Shown here piece by piece: positions 51,251-64,000 of a stretch of 64,000 nucleotides of DNA. The notes beneath the pieces are model-generated. The model saw nothing but the letters and a program-made list of their open reading frames with translations, was not told the origin of the DNA and did no database searches. The position numbers and the translations under genes are program-made. Each line of letters opens with the position of its first letter. Position 1 is the first letter of the stretch. The DNA comes from Lama glama (taxonomy: Eukaryota): positions 51,586,001 through 51,650,000 of the forward strand of contig CM052817.1 in assembly GCA_028534125.1 (NCBI GenBank), written 5' to 3'.

Positions 51251-51769
51251 CATAATTTATTCTCTAAGCATGCAAAGTCTCGCTTCCTGATCTTCATATA
51301 TGTTGTTCTGATTGGCTGCCTTTCTACCATCTTTCTCTTGCTTATCCCACTGAGTAGAAGACAAAGTAATAATTTCTTTGTACTTTGGTCTGTCATGGGT
51401 GTGATCTATTGGAAACAAATGGGGGGTGTCATATTTCACTCAGCTTTATTGCCATCTCTTTTATGTATTTTTTAAATAACTTGCTTGTCCCATTGGTGAT
51501 AAAGGAGCTATCGATTTTGTGTGTATCGTTTCTTCCTTCTCTTCCCAGATGCAGGAAGGATGTGGGAAATCCATGTGGACAGCAGTAGGCTCAAATGCAC
51601 TGAGGTGGCTTCAAGTAAAGATGCCTTCATCTTAAGCATCTGACTTTAATAACAGGACTGCTGGCTCATAAAATTTTAAGGAAAAGAAGCAACCCAGATG
51701 AAGAGTGTGTTTACAATCAGATATTACCAAGTAATGTTTGAGAGTTGACATAATGTCAACTTTATGATG

Positions 51770-52597
51770 CTTTGCCCTCCTCACATCCGACATCCAACCA
51801 TCACTAAATCCTAACTCTTCTATACCTAAATGAATCTATAATTCAGTTATTTCCCACCCATTCCCTTGCTAACACTTTGATCCAAACCACTGTTGTTTCA
51901 TAATTAAATTCTTATAATAGTCTAATGAATCCCTTTATTTACCCTTTGGACTTCCACAATTTACTTTCCACGTAGTGGCCACAGGAATCGCTTTAAAATA
52001 CGTTAAATGATATCACTTCTCTGCCCAATACGTTCTCATTGCTCCTCATCTCACTCAGAGTAAACAACATTGACCTACAAGATCTGAACCTTTTCCACTT
52101 CTTTGGCTAAACTCATCTCTCAATGCTTTCTCATTTACTTTACTAGGTACACTTGCCTCCTTGATAATTGAACTTTTCAGTCTCAGGTCTTTTCTACTTG
52201 CTGTTACTTCTTCCTAAAACCATCTTCCCCCAGATTTCCATTGTCTCCCTGCCTTGACATAATAAATGTCTTTTGCTTAAATATATTTTCAGAAGTGTTT
52301 TCTGACCCTCCTGTTTATAATTGTGTTTATGCTTGTGCACATGCACCGGCCTATGTACACATGTCCCTCATCCTGGCCTTTTGTATCTCATTTATCGGGT
52401 TCCCCACCCCCTCACAAAACAGAGCACTTTCTAACACTGTGTAACTCACTTAGTTTGTATGTATTTTTGTCTCACCCTGAGAATACAAGTTCCATTAAAT
52501 GCGGGAACTTTACTACAATTTCTTGCCAAGAAATGCACTTGCAAGTAGAAAGAACTTGATAATTATTTGTTGGAAGAATGAGTGAGTGAACAAATGA
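51770..52597 (+). mobile_element. LINE-2 (L2a-like) 3' portion
   Basis: catccaaccatcactaaatcc...atcacttctctgcccaa...catctcactcagagtaaa...; ends tatttgttggaagaatgagtgagtgaa. Confidence 0.7.
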
Positions 52598-52809
52598 CCA
52601 AAATTCTTGAAAGGTATCTTTTTACAAATAGATATTTGTCTTAGAATACTCCATACTTTATTGTTTTATCAAGCAAAGTAGTTACTATTTCTATTCCTAA
52701 TTCTCAAGTCATTTTTAGATCTCACACTAAAAGATGTCATACAGTGTTTATTAGCATGGGGCCCCACATGGGAGACACCCCCAGACCCCCATTACCTCCA
52801 CTTTTTGTT

Positions 52810-53085
52810 TGGTTAGCACCTACTCAATCTTTATTTCCTGGCTAAGGTGACTTCTTTCAAGAAGCTCTCTTTGAATCATCAAATCTGAGATAGGTACTTC
52901 ACTTCAGTACTCTGGAACATTTATCAGACTCATACAAGTATGTTTTTGCTTTCTTATTTATTTCCCTACCATGCTATAAGCTCCTTGAGGGCAGAGATTA
53001 TGCATGTTTTATTCGTGACTAAATTCTCAATGACTTGGATGATTCTAACTTATAATAAGTGCTTGCAAATGATTAAATAAATAAT
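52810..53085 (+). mobile_element. LINE-2 3' end
   Basis: ctataagctccttgagggcagagattatg...aataagtgctt. Confidence 0.6.
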
Positions 53086-54442
53086 ATAATTAATTTAAAT
53101 GTTATTAATTTTCAAAATCAGGAAGTTTTTAAAATGTAATTTTATTAATAGAAAAACTGATCTCCTCTAAATGCTGATACCAGTTCTTGACTCCTCAAGA
53201 GCCCAAAAGCAATTTTGCTTTCCAGATGGAATTATCCTAATTTTGTCAACATGCCCATTTGGTTGTAATTTCTATGTTTTAAGTAGTCTTGCCTGATTTC
53301 TTCTTAAAATACTAAAAATATTGTTGTACTTCATCATCTGTAGATTATTCATTGATACAATTTAATTATTTCATAAGTTGTTACATCAAAATTATTGTTA
53401 GGTAAAACTATCACAGTTTTTGGTTTCTCAGTTCTTTGTAAGATTGTGTAAATTATTATCTATTTAGGTTAGGTTAATTGCGTGCCAGCTTGTCCTTTGT
53501 GTTGCTTTATCAGTTCCTGGAGGCAGATTTCACATATCTTCCCCTCACCCTTTTTTAAAAAAAATTTCTAGGCGTGTCAGTCATTTTAAATTGGTTTGGA
53601 GTAGGAAAAAAAAATGTAGAAAATAATCTACATATGGTAAGACTGATGAGTTTTGAAACTTAATTATTTAAAATGAACAAAATTGAGTCCCAACCAGTGC
53701 ACATTTTTGGGACTCCTACACTGTACATTTATAAGAAGTTATTACTTTATTTAGCATATATCTGGAGTTTCTTTCATATGTTCCATGATACTCTGCAATT
53801 GCAATTTTGTTTTTCTTAGAATAAGTGAAAGGCAAAGCTTATGGAGTCTCTAAATAAAATTGTATTTCATATTGTTATAGTCTTAGTGGATCTGGGTATT
53901 TTTAGTATAAGAAAACAAATAGAGTAATGAATCATTTGCTTAACCTTAATTAGTGAGAAATAAATTTATGGATAAATTTTTAAATTTAAGAGTCAGGAAA
54001 CGTTTTTCACTAATTTGCTGAATCATCTTTGATGTCTACATTTAAGAGTTGTGACCATGGCTTTTTTATTCTTTCTTAGGATCTCTGTACGCATAAGCAT
54101 CAATATTAATCCCAAATACATTCCTCCCCCTGCCAAGAGAAATGTATTTGTACAAACTAAATAACTAAATGCCAAAAGAAAAATTTTACAAAGACTTGTA
54201 TATGATTTACAATGTGGACGATGACTTTTGACAACATCTGAATGGATTTATATTTAAATGAGGACAGTAGAATGTGAAGTAATTGTCAAGGGCTGCTTAG
54301 CATTGGACAGTCTGATTCTGCAATATAGATGTCTGGAATCCTTATCCAGTGCTTTTCACGTTTAACCTTGTTGATTCTTTAGTGTTCTTCCTTTCTCATA
54401 GTACAAATACTGATGTAAAGAGCTTCCTATTATTTCAAAGAT

Positions 54443-54546
54443 TATTTTTTGTGAGGGTGGTGGGGAGGTAATTAGGTTTGTTTGTTTGTTTGTTTGTTTG
54501 TTTGTTTATTTTGATGGAGGTACCAGGACCTCACGCACGCTAAGCA
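54443..54546 (-). mobile_element. 5'-truncated tRNA-Ala-derived SINE (Vic-1 type) with (GTTT)n linker
   Basis: ggggaggtaattagg(tttg)n...atggaggtaccaggacctcacgcacgctaagca. TSD ta(t/c)ttcaaagat at 54431-54442 and 54547-54558. Confidence 0.85.
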
Positions 54547-55249
54547 TACTTCAAAGATCCTTTATTAGCAGCAGTGATATTTCTCATAACTTTGGTAAAG
54601 TTGTTTCAAACTCATGACTGTGACATATTAAATAACTAAAGTCCTGTTTAAATAAAAGGATTTACTTCACTGATATCACTGAAACCATGAATTTCATGTC
54701 TAATATAAGATTATAAGAGATAGATTTCATAAGGTTTCATCTTATGAGTGTTACTACTAAATGCCCAAGAAAAGAGTCCACTGTGCTGAGTGACTTTCCA
54801 AATAGAAAGCCTCCTGGGATACAGAATGAACCAATGTGCATGCCAGGAGAGCACATACATTGTAAGTGGCAGAGAGATCTTGGCCTCATTGAAAAAGAAA
54901 AACTGTTACCAATACTGTTTAGTTTAGCTGCAAATATAAATCATATGAGTATGTTTGCAGTCATAATATGACTGCTTGTGTCATGTGCTAGATTAAACAT
55001 TAGTTACAACCTCAACAATAAAAATATAGACTGATACCTCTGTGTGCTATACACTGACCTCCTGGGAAAATATTAAAAGTATTATTTTCTTATAGATCAC
55101 AACTATTCAGTATAATCTTATATTCTCAAGACTGCATATATTAGCATACATTTTTGGAGACCTGGCTAAAGAGTTTGTTTCATTCTTTCTATATGCAGAC
55201 ATAAAGATTTCTGTTAAAGTTTCCAGATCCTGGAATAAAAATGATAGCT

Positions 55250-55703
55250 ATGATAGGGTATTAAAGCTCCTTCCATCAAGAGATGGAATCTATTTTTCCA
55301 ACTCTTCAATCTGGGCTGGCTTGTGACTTTCGCTGAGTATTAAAGTGAGGCGTAAAATCTTTATCCAAGGCCTCTAAAGACCGGTAGCTTCCTCTCCTAC
55401 CTCTTGGAACCCTGAGATCATCATACTGTCAGGAAGCCTGGTGTAGCCTTTGAAAGAATGAGAGAGCACCTGGAGAGGAGAGCTCCCATACGAAGCCCTA
55501 GACTTGGGAATGAGCTGTCTGAGACAAGCCTAGTGCCCAGCCATTCCGTGAGGTGAATGCAGCCCTATGAGTAAATTCAGTCAAGACTAGCTGAAGAATC
55601 ACCCAGCCAATGCTTAGAATTGTGAGAAATAGTAAATCATTGTTGATCTATGTCACCAAATCTGGGGGGCTCCTTCCTTACAGCAACTGGAGATTCATAA
55701 AAT
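55250..55703 (+). mobile_element. MaLR LTR (MLT1G/H-like)
   Basis: ctccttccatcaagagatggaatctatttt...gaagaatcacccagcc...agaattgtgagaaatagtaaatcattgttg...ttacagcaa. Confidence 0.7.
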
Positions 55704-57309
55704 AGCCAACATCTGTGGTGCACTTACAAATGCCTAGAAACGTATGGATTGTGCTGTTTATCTGTCTATCGGTCTGTCTAACAATCCGTCCATCATCTTA
55801 AGTGTGCATATACTTCTTTCCTCCTGGCATGTTCTACATGGTTAACTGCATAATTATTCAGTATCAATTATATTCTGTCACTGAATCTCTATAGACCTGA
55901 CTTGTGGCAACATATCCTTATTCGCTTTTGTTCTCATTTTGTTCCTCTTATGTTTCATAATATTTTATATCCATATTTAAAAGCTTAAGAAACTTGGCTG
56001 TCTGGATACATCATGTTTTTAAATATGCTCCATTTTATTAGCTGTCAGTGAAGTTCTGTTGTACTCATTAAATGTGTCATTTTGTGTCTGAGGTTGCAAA
56101 GTTCATGTATCTTTTATGAAAGTCATGACTTATAGCTTTATAGACTAGCTCATTTGATAAACTTTTTTTTCTGTTTCCTCTATTAACCTGCTATTTTGTG
56201 ATATGTTTTAATTGAATTTTTGTTTGAAGGATATAGTAAAATCAATACTTCTTAAAAACAGCAAAAAAAAAAAATGCCAAGGAAGCACTATTAATTTATC
56301 TGCTATATGTTCTGTAAACCTGAATATCAAAAATCTGGTAATGAGTGCAAATTGGAAGTCCTTTAAAAGAATGGCCATATTACATATTTAGGTTTACAGT
56401 GATATAAACACAGTGATATTTTCTGTGTAAATATCTGTGATTTACAGGACACAGTTTGCATACCTATGAATAAACTATGTAAAAACAAACATAAAGAAAC
56501 ATTTAACAAACATACTGACAAAAACAACAAAATTGTATAGCAAAGTAGAAATATAATGTTAAATAGTGACTGAATTTATTCCCCACTTAAAATCATCATC
56601 TCAAACAATCCTAGTTTTGGGCTTCTTTATTTAGTCCTGGTGGCTTGGCGTGGATTTGCACATAATTGTTGCTTTGTTGATAGGTGAACATAACTCTCAA
56701 AATGCTGAAATTCAATAATGTGGTATAGCATTGTGAAATATTTATAATTTAAATGAAATTATAGTGATTATGTAGAAACTTATAGTAAATGTTTATGTTT
56801 ATTTTGAGTGTTTATGGCTATTTTATCACACACAGAATATATGACATCTGATAGCAAATTGATGATTTCTCACATTACAATTTTTGTGAAATGATTACAT
56901 ATGAAATCTGAGAACAAAATCATGAAAAATACTATTTACAATAAAAAGCTCTGTGATATAACCTAATTTTCCATCTCCTCTTTCACCTCAAACACACACA
57001 CACTCTTGCATGCACAATTCACACACGAACAACTACATCCACCATTATTATTACAGAGGATGAGAGAAACTTCCATTTAGTGTAACTAAGTAACTAACTA
57101 GTGGATAGCAAATTAATACAAAATGTTTGAAAAAGTTACTGTAACTACTTAGAAGAATATTCCCAGTCTTTATATCTACCTATCTTTGAAGCTGGCAAGT
57201 AATATTGTATTTCAAATGCCTGCATATTGTATAAAGTATATATATATACTTTTATTGTGTATTTAATCTATATGTCTGTTGACCTTGAAAAGTCATTATT
57301 TATAACTAA

Positions 57310-57480
57310 CAGCTATTTAGTATATTCCAGGCACAAGGCTAAGTAATTAACATTCAATATTCATTTAATTCTCCCAAACGGAATCTTCACCTGAAGCTAA
57401 GAAAACTGAGGCACACGGAAACTAAGGATTATACAATATTGTGGTTATTGATGGAACTGAGATTCAGATTATGTCTGGCT
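57310..57480 (-). mobile_element. MIR fragment
   Basis: ccaggcacaaggctaag...tcatttaattctc...aagaaaactgaggcac. Confidence 0.5.
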
Positions 57481-59089
57481 ATCTCCAGTAAGATAGTTAA
57501 GTTCATATTTGGAAATGTAAGTGTATTATAAAATATGCATTTGAAATTTAAGACTAAATTCTACATAGATGAACATAATTCTGTACCCATATATTTTTAA
57601 TTTTCCTGAGTATGTTTTATCATAAGAATCATTATACATATTTGTGTATATGTTATTTTAAAAATTATAGTATATTTATTTATTTTCAAGGCATTAACAT
57701 TACAGCAAACAATAGAACTGAAAAGATCAAAAATAGATTGTTTTTAAACTTCCCAGGCTGAATTTCAAATATAATTCTGTACAGAGGGTAGATTATTTCA
57801 AAATATGATTTGGGTAAGGTTTTCTATTCAAAACATTAGCTCTGGATACAAAGCCCTTTTTTTTAGCCAACCAAGGGGGTTATGTTGGATTGGGTAACAG
57901 AATATTTTAGAATCAGTAAATACATTTTTAATTGATTATTCTTTGATTTTGCTGGTTTTGAAATACTTCTTCCTTAGATTTCCTTCATAAAAATGACAGA
58001 GTCCTCAGTATTGGTTGTAGTGTCTTTAGTGTTTGTTTCATCCCTGTTCTAACAAAAGACAGACTGAAAATGCATAAGCCGATAAATTTGGGGGGTTATT
58101 TTATTTTTCCTATGTTGGGAAAATTTTTTAGTGGTAAATAACCTTAATAAACTATATACATTACTATGCTATATATTTTCCTTTTGTAATATCCTGCATG
58201 TGAGAAGTTACAAAAGGATTTGTAGGTAATCATGCGTTGTAAGTAAATCTCCTGTACATGACTAGTTAAGACCACTGACTTGATACCATATTAGAAGGGC
58301 AAACCTTATCTAGAGGTAATCTTTCATATTTCCATTGTGCAACTGGTGAAATGGAAATATTTATAAATATTATAAGAAATATGCAAATCACCAGAGAGCA
58401 GTGATTTGTGATCTATCACAGTCAAGGAAGGTTGGAAAAGTAGTTTTCCATAAAATCAGGCTTAATTTTTTAAGTTGCTGTTTTGCTTTTCCTTTAGCTT
58501 TAATTGTAATGATGTGATATGGTAATTTGCAAAGGTTAGAGCAGAAAATTTGAATTGAAGGCCACTGGTAAAATGTTTTATTTCTCTTAATTTGTTTCTA
58601 GAGCCTATTTGAATTAGCAGTTAAACCAAGTGTTGAATATGATTATTTTATTCCTTGGATGTTCATGGGACATAGTTGGCCCCTGTTTAATCTCCAGAGG
58701 TTAAGAACTACGATAATTCATATTTCTGATTATGCTCCTTGCCTACCTTGTTTGCAGGCTTTAAAATGTAAAAATGTAACTGATTCCTGGTATCTTGAAA
58801 AATAAGATGTGAACATTCACATGCGTTTTCATTGTATGGCTTAGGCACTTAAAATTAATGAAAGAAAAAAATTTGGGGGATGTTTAGAAGAATAAATTCA
58901 TATTCAAATTTATATTAATGAATATATTAATATATATTAAATAATATATAATTATTTGATGGTGATATTAATCTCATATCCTAAATGGAGTAAAATGGGC
59001 ATAAATACATCTTATCAATGAATGGCTAATTAAATAAGTGATTGAACACATTCACGTATAAATATTTACGTTAACCTTATTTCTATTAA

Positions 59090-59620
59090 TACATTTAGTC
59101 TATAATAATTTTCACATCTTCTATTAGAAAGCCACTATTCCAGGCAATATTCAACATACAAAACTCACTGCCTTCAGTGAGTATAATGTGAAAAATTATG
59201 TATGTACACAAGTAACTATGACAAAATTAAAAGTAGATCTATTAAGGAGATTAATAAATCAATGTGGACATTCAAAAGAAATAGTAATTATTTCCAGATA
59301 AGAGAATAAAAAATCTCCTTTATTTCATGAAGGAAATACTGTTTGAATAAGGCCATGAAATGTAGGTAGAATTCAGACATGTTGAGACCAACAAGAACAC
59401 GCTGGGCTGTGGAATATATTGAGTAAAAGCATAGAAGTAATATCATCAAGGATGCAAAGGAAGAACTTCAGATGGTCCAGTTTGATTGTGCTGCATGTGA
59501 AACAGTGGGACTGGTAGTTTGGAAAGGGATATTGGTGCAAGATTTTGGAGGTCTCTAAAACCAGAGTAAAAGTAGTTAACTTTTTGTTCATTGAAGAGCC
59601 ATTAAAGTTTCTTGTATGAA
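59090..59620 (-). mobile_element. LINE-2 fragment (degenerate)
   Basis: cactattccaggca...cactgccttcagtgagt...ttcatgaaggaaatactgtttgaataaggcc...gaagagccattaaagttt. Confidence 0.5.
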
Positions 59621-59764
59621 ATTAACTTTATTGCTTCAAAATTTTAAGATAAAGTAACAGAATATAAAAAATTTTAATGTGAAAAAATTTATTACAGTGG
59701 AAGTACATAGAGTCCTTTATCATACTATGGGAACCTTCTTCAAGAAGTTCGTTCTTAAGCAACT

Positions 59765-59937
59765 CTCCTTAACAATGAATTTTAAAAGCATACATTTGTA
59801 TGTTACAGTGGCATTTCAAAAACATCCAGGACCCTGATGTAGTAGATATAGTGTAGGTCAAAGTACCTACATTTTTAATAATTATACCTACTAATTCTGA
59901 TGTGGTAGGGGCTGACCTATACTTAGAAAACCACTGT
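59765..59937. mobile_element. MER5-like hAT-Charlie MITE (degenerate)
   Basis: ctacatttttaataa...taattctgatgtgg...atacttagaaaaccactg right end. Confidence 0.45.
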
Positions 59938-60149
59938 TTTAGGCCATGAGGCTCTTCATTGTACAGAAAAACTGAATAATGCATTGTAGAAAAAAACATA
60001 CATTTGAAATTATGAATTCTTAACTCCTCATCTGGCTGGGATATATATTTAAAAATGATTATTAGCAAATATTAGTTCACATAAATAGAATAATTCTCAA
60101 ATCAAATAGAAATCTATTTTAACAGAAGAAGAAATAGGAGGGAAATGTC

Positions 60150-60350
60150 ATTATTTATTATGTAAATTACAGAATGCTTACTATATTGTTTTCATAAATT
60201 AAACCATTCTATCCTAATAATGACCCTGTGATGTAAGCATAATATTTTTGTCATTTAACAGATGAGAACACTGAGTTTAGATAACTTGTCTTAAAGTCAC
60301 AGTGCTAAATCCAGTACACAAGCCAGGCAGGCTGATACCAGACACTATTC
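60150..60350 (-). mobile_element. MIR fragment
   Basis: gaatgcttactata...catttaacagatgagaacactgag...taacttgtcttaaagtcacag. Confidence 0.55.
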
Positions 60351-63300
60351 CATTAACCAAAACAAGATTCTGCTTCTTCACGTAAAATCCAGTGTGCTCC
60401 TCCCTCTCCCACGCTCAATAGAGAAACAAATGTGGTATGTTTATTTCAGTTCACAAATGAAAGTACATGTAGCTTATCAAAATGTCTATTTTCCTACCTC
60501 TAAGAAGAATAATAATGTTGGTGTATTCTGAAGGTGGGTTCTCAGGTTATCATTTCTTTCTATCTATTCTTTGTTGGTTATACTGATTTACATTATACCC
60601 TAATAAAACAATGAAATTTATAATGTGTATGATATTTATTGCTATAGTGAGATAGCAAATAAACTCTTGGATTATGCATTTTCATGTACTGAACAGTTTA
60701 ATCAGATTGAAAGGAAGAGGGTAATACTTCATGTATATCAGTGTGCTTTCATAGCTTGAAATGGAAAGAAAATTTTCATTTATTACTAATCAAGTTTGAG
60801 AATGTGGGAAGGTGACATATTATAAATCAACTAAAATGTGTGTGTGTTTACTTTACATGTTTTTTCCTGTCATAGCTGATATACTTCAGTGGAATCATAT
60901 TTGACTAAAATAATTGTGTTTTTATACACCTTTTATGTTGATTAAAATTTTAATTAAACCTTCCCAAGACCCATTAATTACTTGGCTCCCTTCAAGTTCT
61001 CCCGTCAGAAATTAAGCAGCACACGTGATTAGTTAAAATTACAGTCTGCTTGTGACACACTAGTCAGCATTAACATTTCATCAACAATTCTAAAACAAAG
61101 TAGGTGTTTTTCCTTTTATTTGTCTTTAACAAATTGGAGAAAACAGAACAGCTACCACAGCATGTTTAGAATCTTCGGGAATTTTGTGGTACTATTCCCT
61201 CATTTTCCATTCCCATGAAGGAGAACAAAATTGAAGAGCAGGGGAACGCAGGGTTCAGAAATAGAACCACAGAAATTAATGCTCTGAAATCTGCCAGAGC
61301 CAGCACAGGCAGTAGAGATCTGCCTCTGGGATAGAAACCCCCTTTGCTGTCTTCTGAGAGTCTCCTTTCTTTCAGTGCCAGACTGGCAGAACACTGTTCA
61401 GGCATTCACTCTTGATTGTCCCTATTTTTCAAGCAAATTTGCATAGTAGTTATTCATACTGATTCATGGTTTTCCTTTTAACAAGTTTTTTTCTCCTCCC
61501 AACTTTCCTTTTGGCAGCCTTTACTATCCAGTTAAGTAGGAAAAATAATGTCCTTGTGAATGGCCCTGAAATCTGATCTTCGAGGAGGGAAAGAAATCTT
61601 TCCAATTTCAGTTCATGTAAATAAAGATGTGTAGATTTTTAACATACTTGGCCCTTAAATAGAACAAATCCTAGCCTTTTCCTGCATTAACATTTGTCTG
61701 ATGGGTAACTACATTGATCTGAGCTTCTAAACACACACTGGAAAGATTTTACATTTGATTAATTACTTTTCTTCCATGTTTGCAGAGGGTCTGCTTAATA
61801 TTGCATTGGACCAGCCCTTTTCATGATGCAGATTCTGTTCTTTGTCTTTCAGAATTTTTGTTACTGTCCAATATCCAAATATTTCAATTCATATGAATAT
61901 ATGATATTTTCCTTTTTGGTCATCTTTATTTTTTAAATCTCTTCTCCTTCCATAAGATTATGAATTTTTTTTTTGCAACACTTCCCATTGCTGCCATTTC
62001 TTTTGCAATGAAATACATGAGATTTCAAATGTTCTTGACATATTTCATAATTAAGCAAATACCCAGAAAACATGAGCAATAATTAGCAATGCAATGACTT
62101 AGCTTAAATGATTGCCCACAACTGCTGTCACTATGAAAACTTAGCTTTTTTGTTCACATCAAGTTCTTAAGTCACAGTTACAGGACCAAAATTAGCTTGA
62201 TAGGAAAAGCAATGTTTGATTACCTAATAGCTGATCAACTCATTATAATCTACCTGCCTCTCTCACTTTTCCTACATGTAAGCTTTAGTTAAAATGTTTC
62301 TCAATTATGAAAAATATTCAAGTCCCTTTGGCTAAGTTTTGCTGTAAAAATACATCTTTACACTCATTTGTTTTAAAAATGTAGACTAGAGTGTTTTAGG
62401 ATTTAATGGAACCAGGAAAAACCATGCTGTTTTTGTGATGCAAGCATGCTGTTCACAGTAATCTGAATTTAGGTTTTATTCTATAACAAATTCTTCTCAA
62501 GTAATTGGTTATTGTTTTTTTAAAGAATTCTATACTTTTCCAGAACAGTTTTATTGATCTAAAGAGTTGATAGAGAATTAAAAAATCTTAACAATAATTC
62601 ATTTTCACATATTTTGGAGAGAAAGGTAGATGACAGATTGTACAAATATGTTTAAAAATCTCATACTTAGTGGGATATTTAGTGATTTGTACAGAATTTC
62701 AGTCTGTTAATTATGCATATTTTTATACATAAACCACTTAAGAATCTTTCTCCACTAAATTAGGATTTTTAAATAAGTATAATTTTTCATGTGTGCTGAT
62801 GTAGTAAAATTAGAAAATAGCTTGCATTATGAGTATTAAGAAATTATTAACCATGAAACACAATTTTGCAAATCTGTATTCATTTAACTTACAACAGTTG
62901 CATGGAAGGCAAAGGCATTTGAAAGTAAAAACTATTTTTCCCATTACAGTTCAAAAGATTATGCTTATTTACTACCACAAACTTTCTCTTTTAAATTTTT
63001 CTATATTACTAGAACCATTGTTTATATGCACAAAGATTGAGGGGAAAAGTTCCTAAAAACTGTTACTCAGTGAAAATGGAAACCATAGAAATGAAAAATA
63101 TTGATGACCAGCTCAGCAAAACTTGCCTCTTTTTTGGAGAGAATTTTTCTTCCTTCTTATTTAAAAATGTTTATTACTTTACCAAAAATATATAGATGCT
63201 AAATAGAATACAGAATTAATTCAACAGCTGTTTTTAATTATGAATCATTTGAACACTGTATTTCCTCTTCATTTCTGCTCTACTGCTTTCAAATTCAAAG

Positions 63301-63549
63301 ACAAGCATCACTCATTTTTGTTTCTTTGCTTACATTCAAGGAAAACGACACTTGTTTTAAGTAAATTTGTAAACATTAAAACTTCACTGTCTAATTTTTA
63401 GTTTATAGGTGCCCACAGTCATGGAGTACTTATCTCTTTTGTTTTATTTTGTATTTCAGCTGAGCAAGGTAATGTACTTTTTTTTAAGCAGTGATCTGTC
63501 TCTATCACAAGTTTACTTGGACTAGCTACCCCTTTCCCTCTTTGTGTAA

Positions 63550-63573
63550 GTGTGTGTGTGTGTGTGTGTGTGT
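63550..63573. repeat. (GT)12 microsatellite
   Basis: Direct reading. Confidence 0.95.
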
Positions 63574-64000
63574 AAATTAATGAGGAATACTGCAGAATAA
63601 GTTTTCTGACATACTTTGGCACTTAAAATTTTTTATATGATTTACATTCTTACTAACTTTAAGAATAGGCATGTTAATTTATTTGCTATTGATAACAAAA
63701 GTTAAATATTTCATGTGGAAAGAAATATGTATTAGTCTTTCTTTGAAGAATTATATAGAAATAGATTATAAATTTTAACACCTGCCACACTAATTAGCAA
63801 TAACTGAATTGGTTAAAAAAAACTACCAATAAAATACATAGATAGGATCAACAGCATTTTGAATAAAAGCTGAAAGTAAATTAAACTTTTCAATGCAATT
63901 TAGTTTTTCTCTCTAGCCCGTTCTAATGATTCCAAAATATTTCACTGGATAGATTTCTCCACCTACTGAGACTTCACCTTTACCTGTAAAATAATTGTGA

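Larger units (their letters stand above)
1..64000 (+). other. EPHA5: Internal part of the EPHA5 transcription unit (end of intron 3, exon 4, intron 4, exon 5, start of intron 5)
   Basis: Two spliceable Eph-receptor exons joined by a 3963-nt GT-AG intron (31093-35055). No other Eph exons found. Exon numbering follows the known conserved Eph gene structure. Confidence 0.9.

Noticed and set aside
57233..57252. 20-bp palindrome aaagtatatatatatacttt
   Set aside because: Mostly a self-complementary (TA)n core, which is expected by chance.
151..63622. The remaining 60-112 aa ORFs in the track
   Set aside because: Lengths and low-complexity composition are as expected by chance in AT-rich intron. 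Many start at TTG/GTG or overlap repeats. Only those at 39.7-41 kb show homology, as ERV remnants.
1..64000. CRISPR array, operon or prokaryotic defence system
   Set aside because: No regularly spaced repeat-spacer units and no dense ORFs. The sequence is mammalian intron.

Overview
AT-rich mammalian genomic DNA from inside the EPHA5 (ephrin type-A receptor 5) gene, + strand. Five copies of a tRNA-Ala-derived SINE that I recognise as the Vic-1 type point to a camelid. There are only two coding exons: 30937-31092 (156 nt, Cys-rich/EGF-like segment) and 35056-35391 (336 nt, first FN3 domain), corresponding to exons 4 and 5. The rest is intron carrying L1, L2, MIR, MaLR LTR, DNA-transposon relics and microsatellites. 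The most notable non-obvious element is a heavily decayed, 3'-truncated ERV-L-type provirus on the - strand (about 39075-42431). Its gag, protease and RT motifs are readable across frameshifts and are joined directly to an LTR resembling the old MLT1-type MaLR LTRs. Other leads: inverted SINEs bracketing the in-frame exon 4-5 cassette, a stop codon plus poly(A) signal just inside intron 5, candidate enhancers and a CpG-containing hairpin. I see no firm evidence of a new biological system; these leads are hypotheses. Repeat family names and protein comparisons come from my memory of consensus sequences, not from a search, and boundaries of old repeats are approximate.
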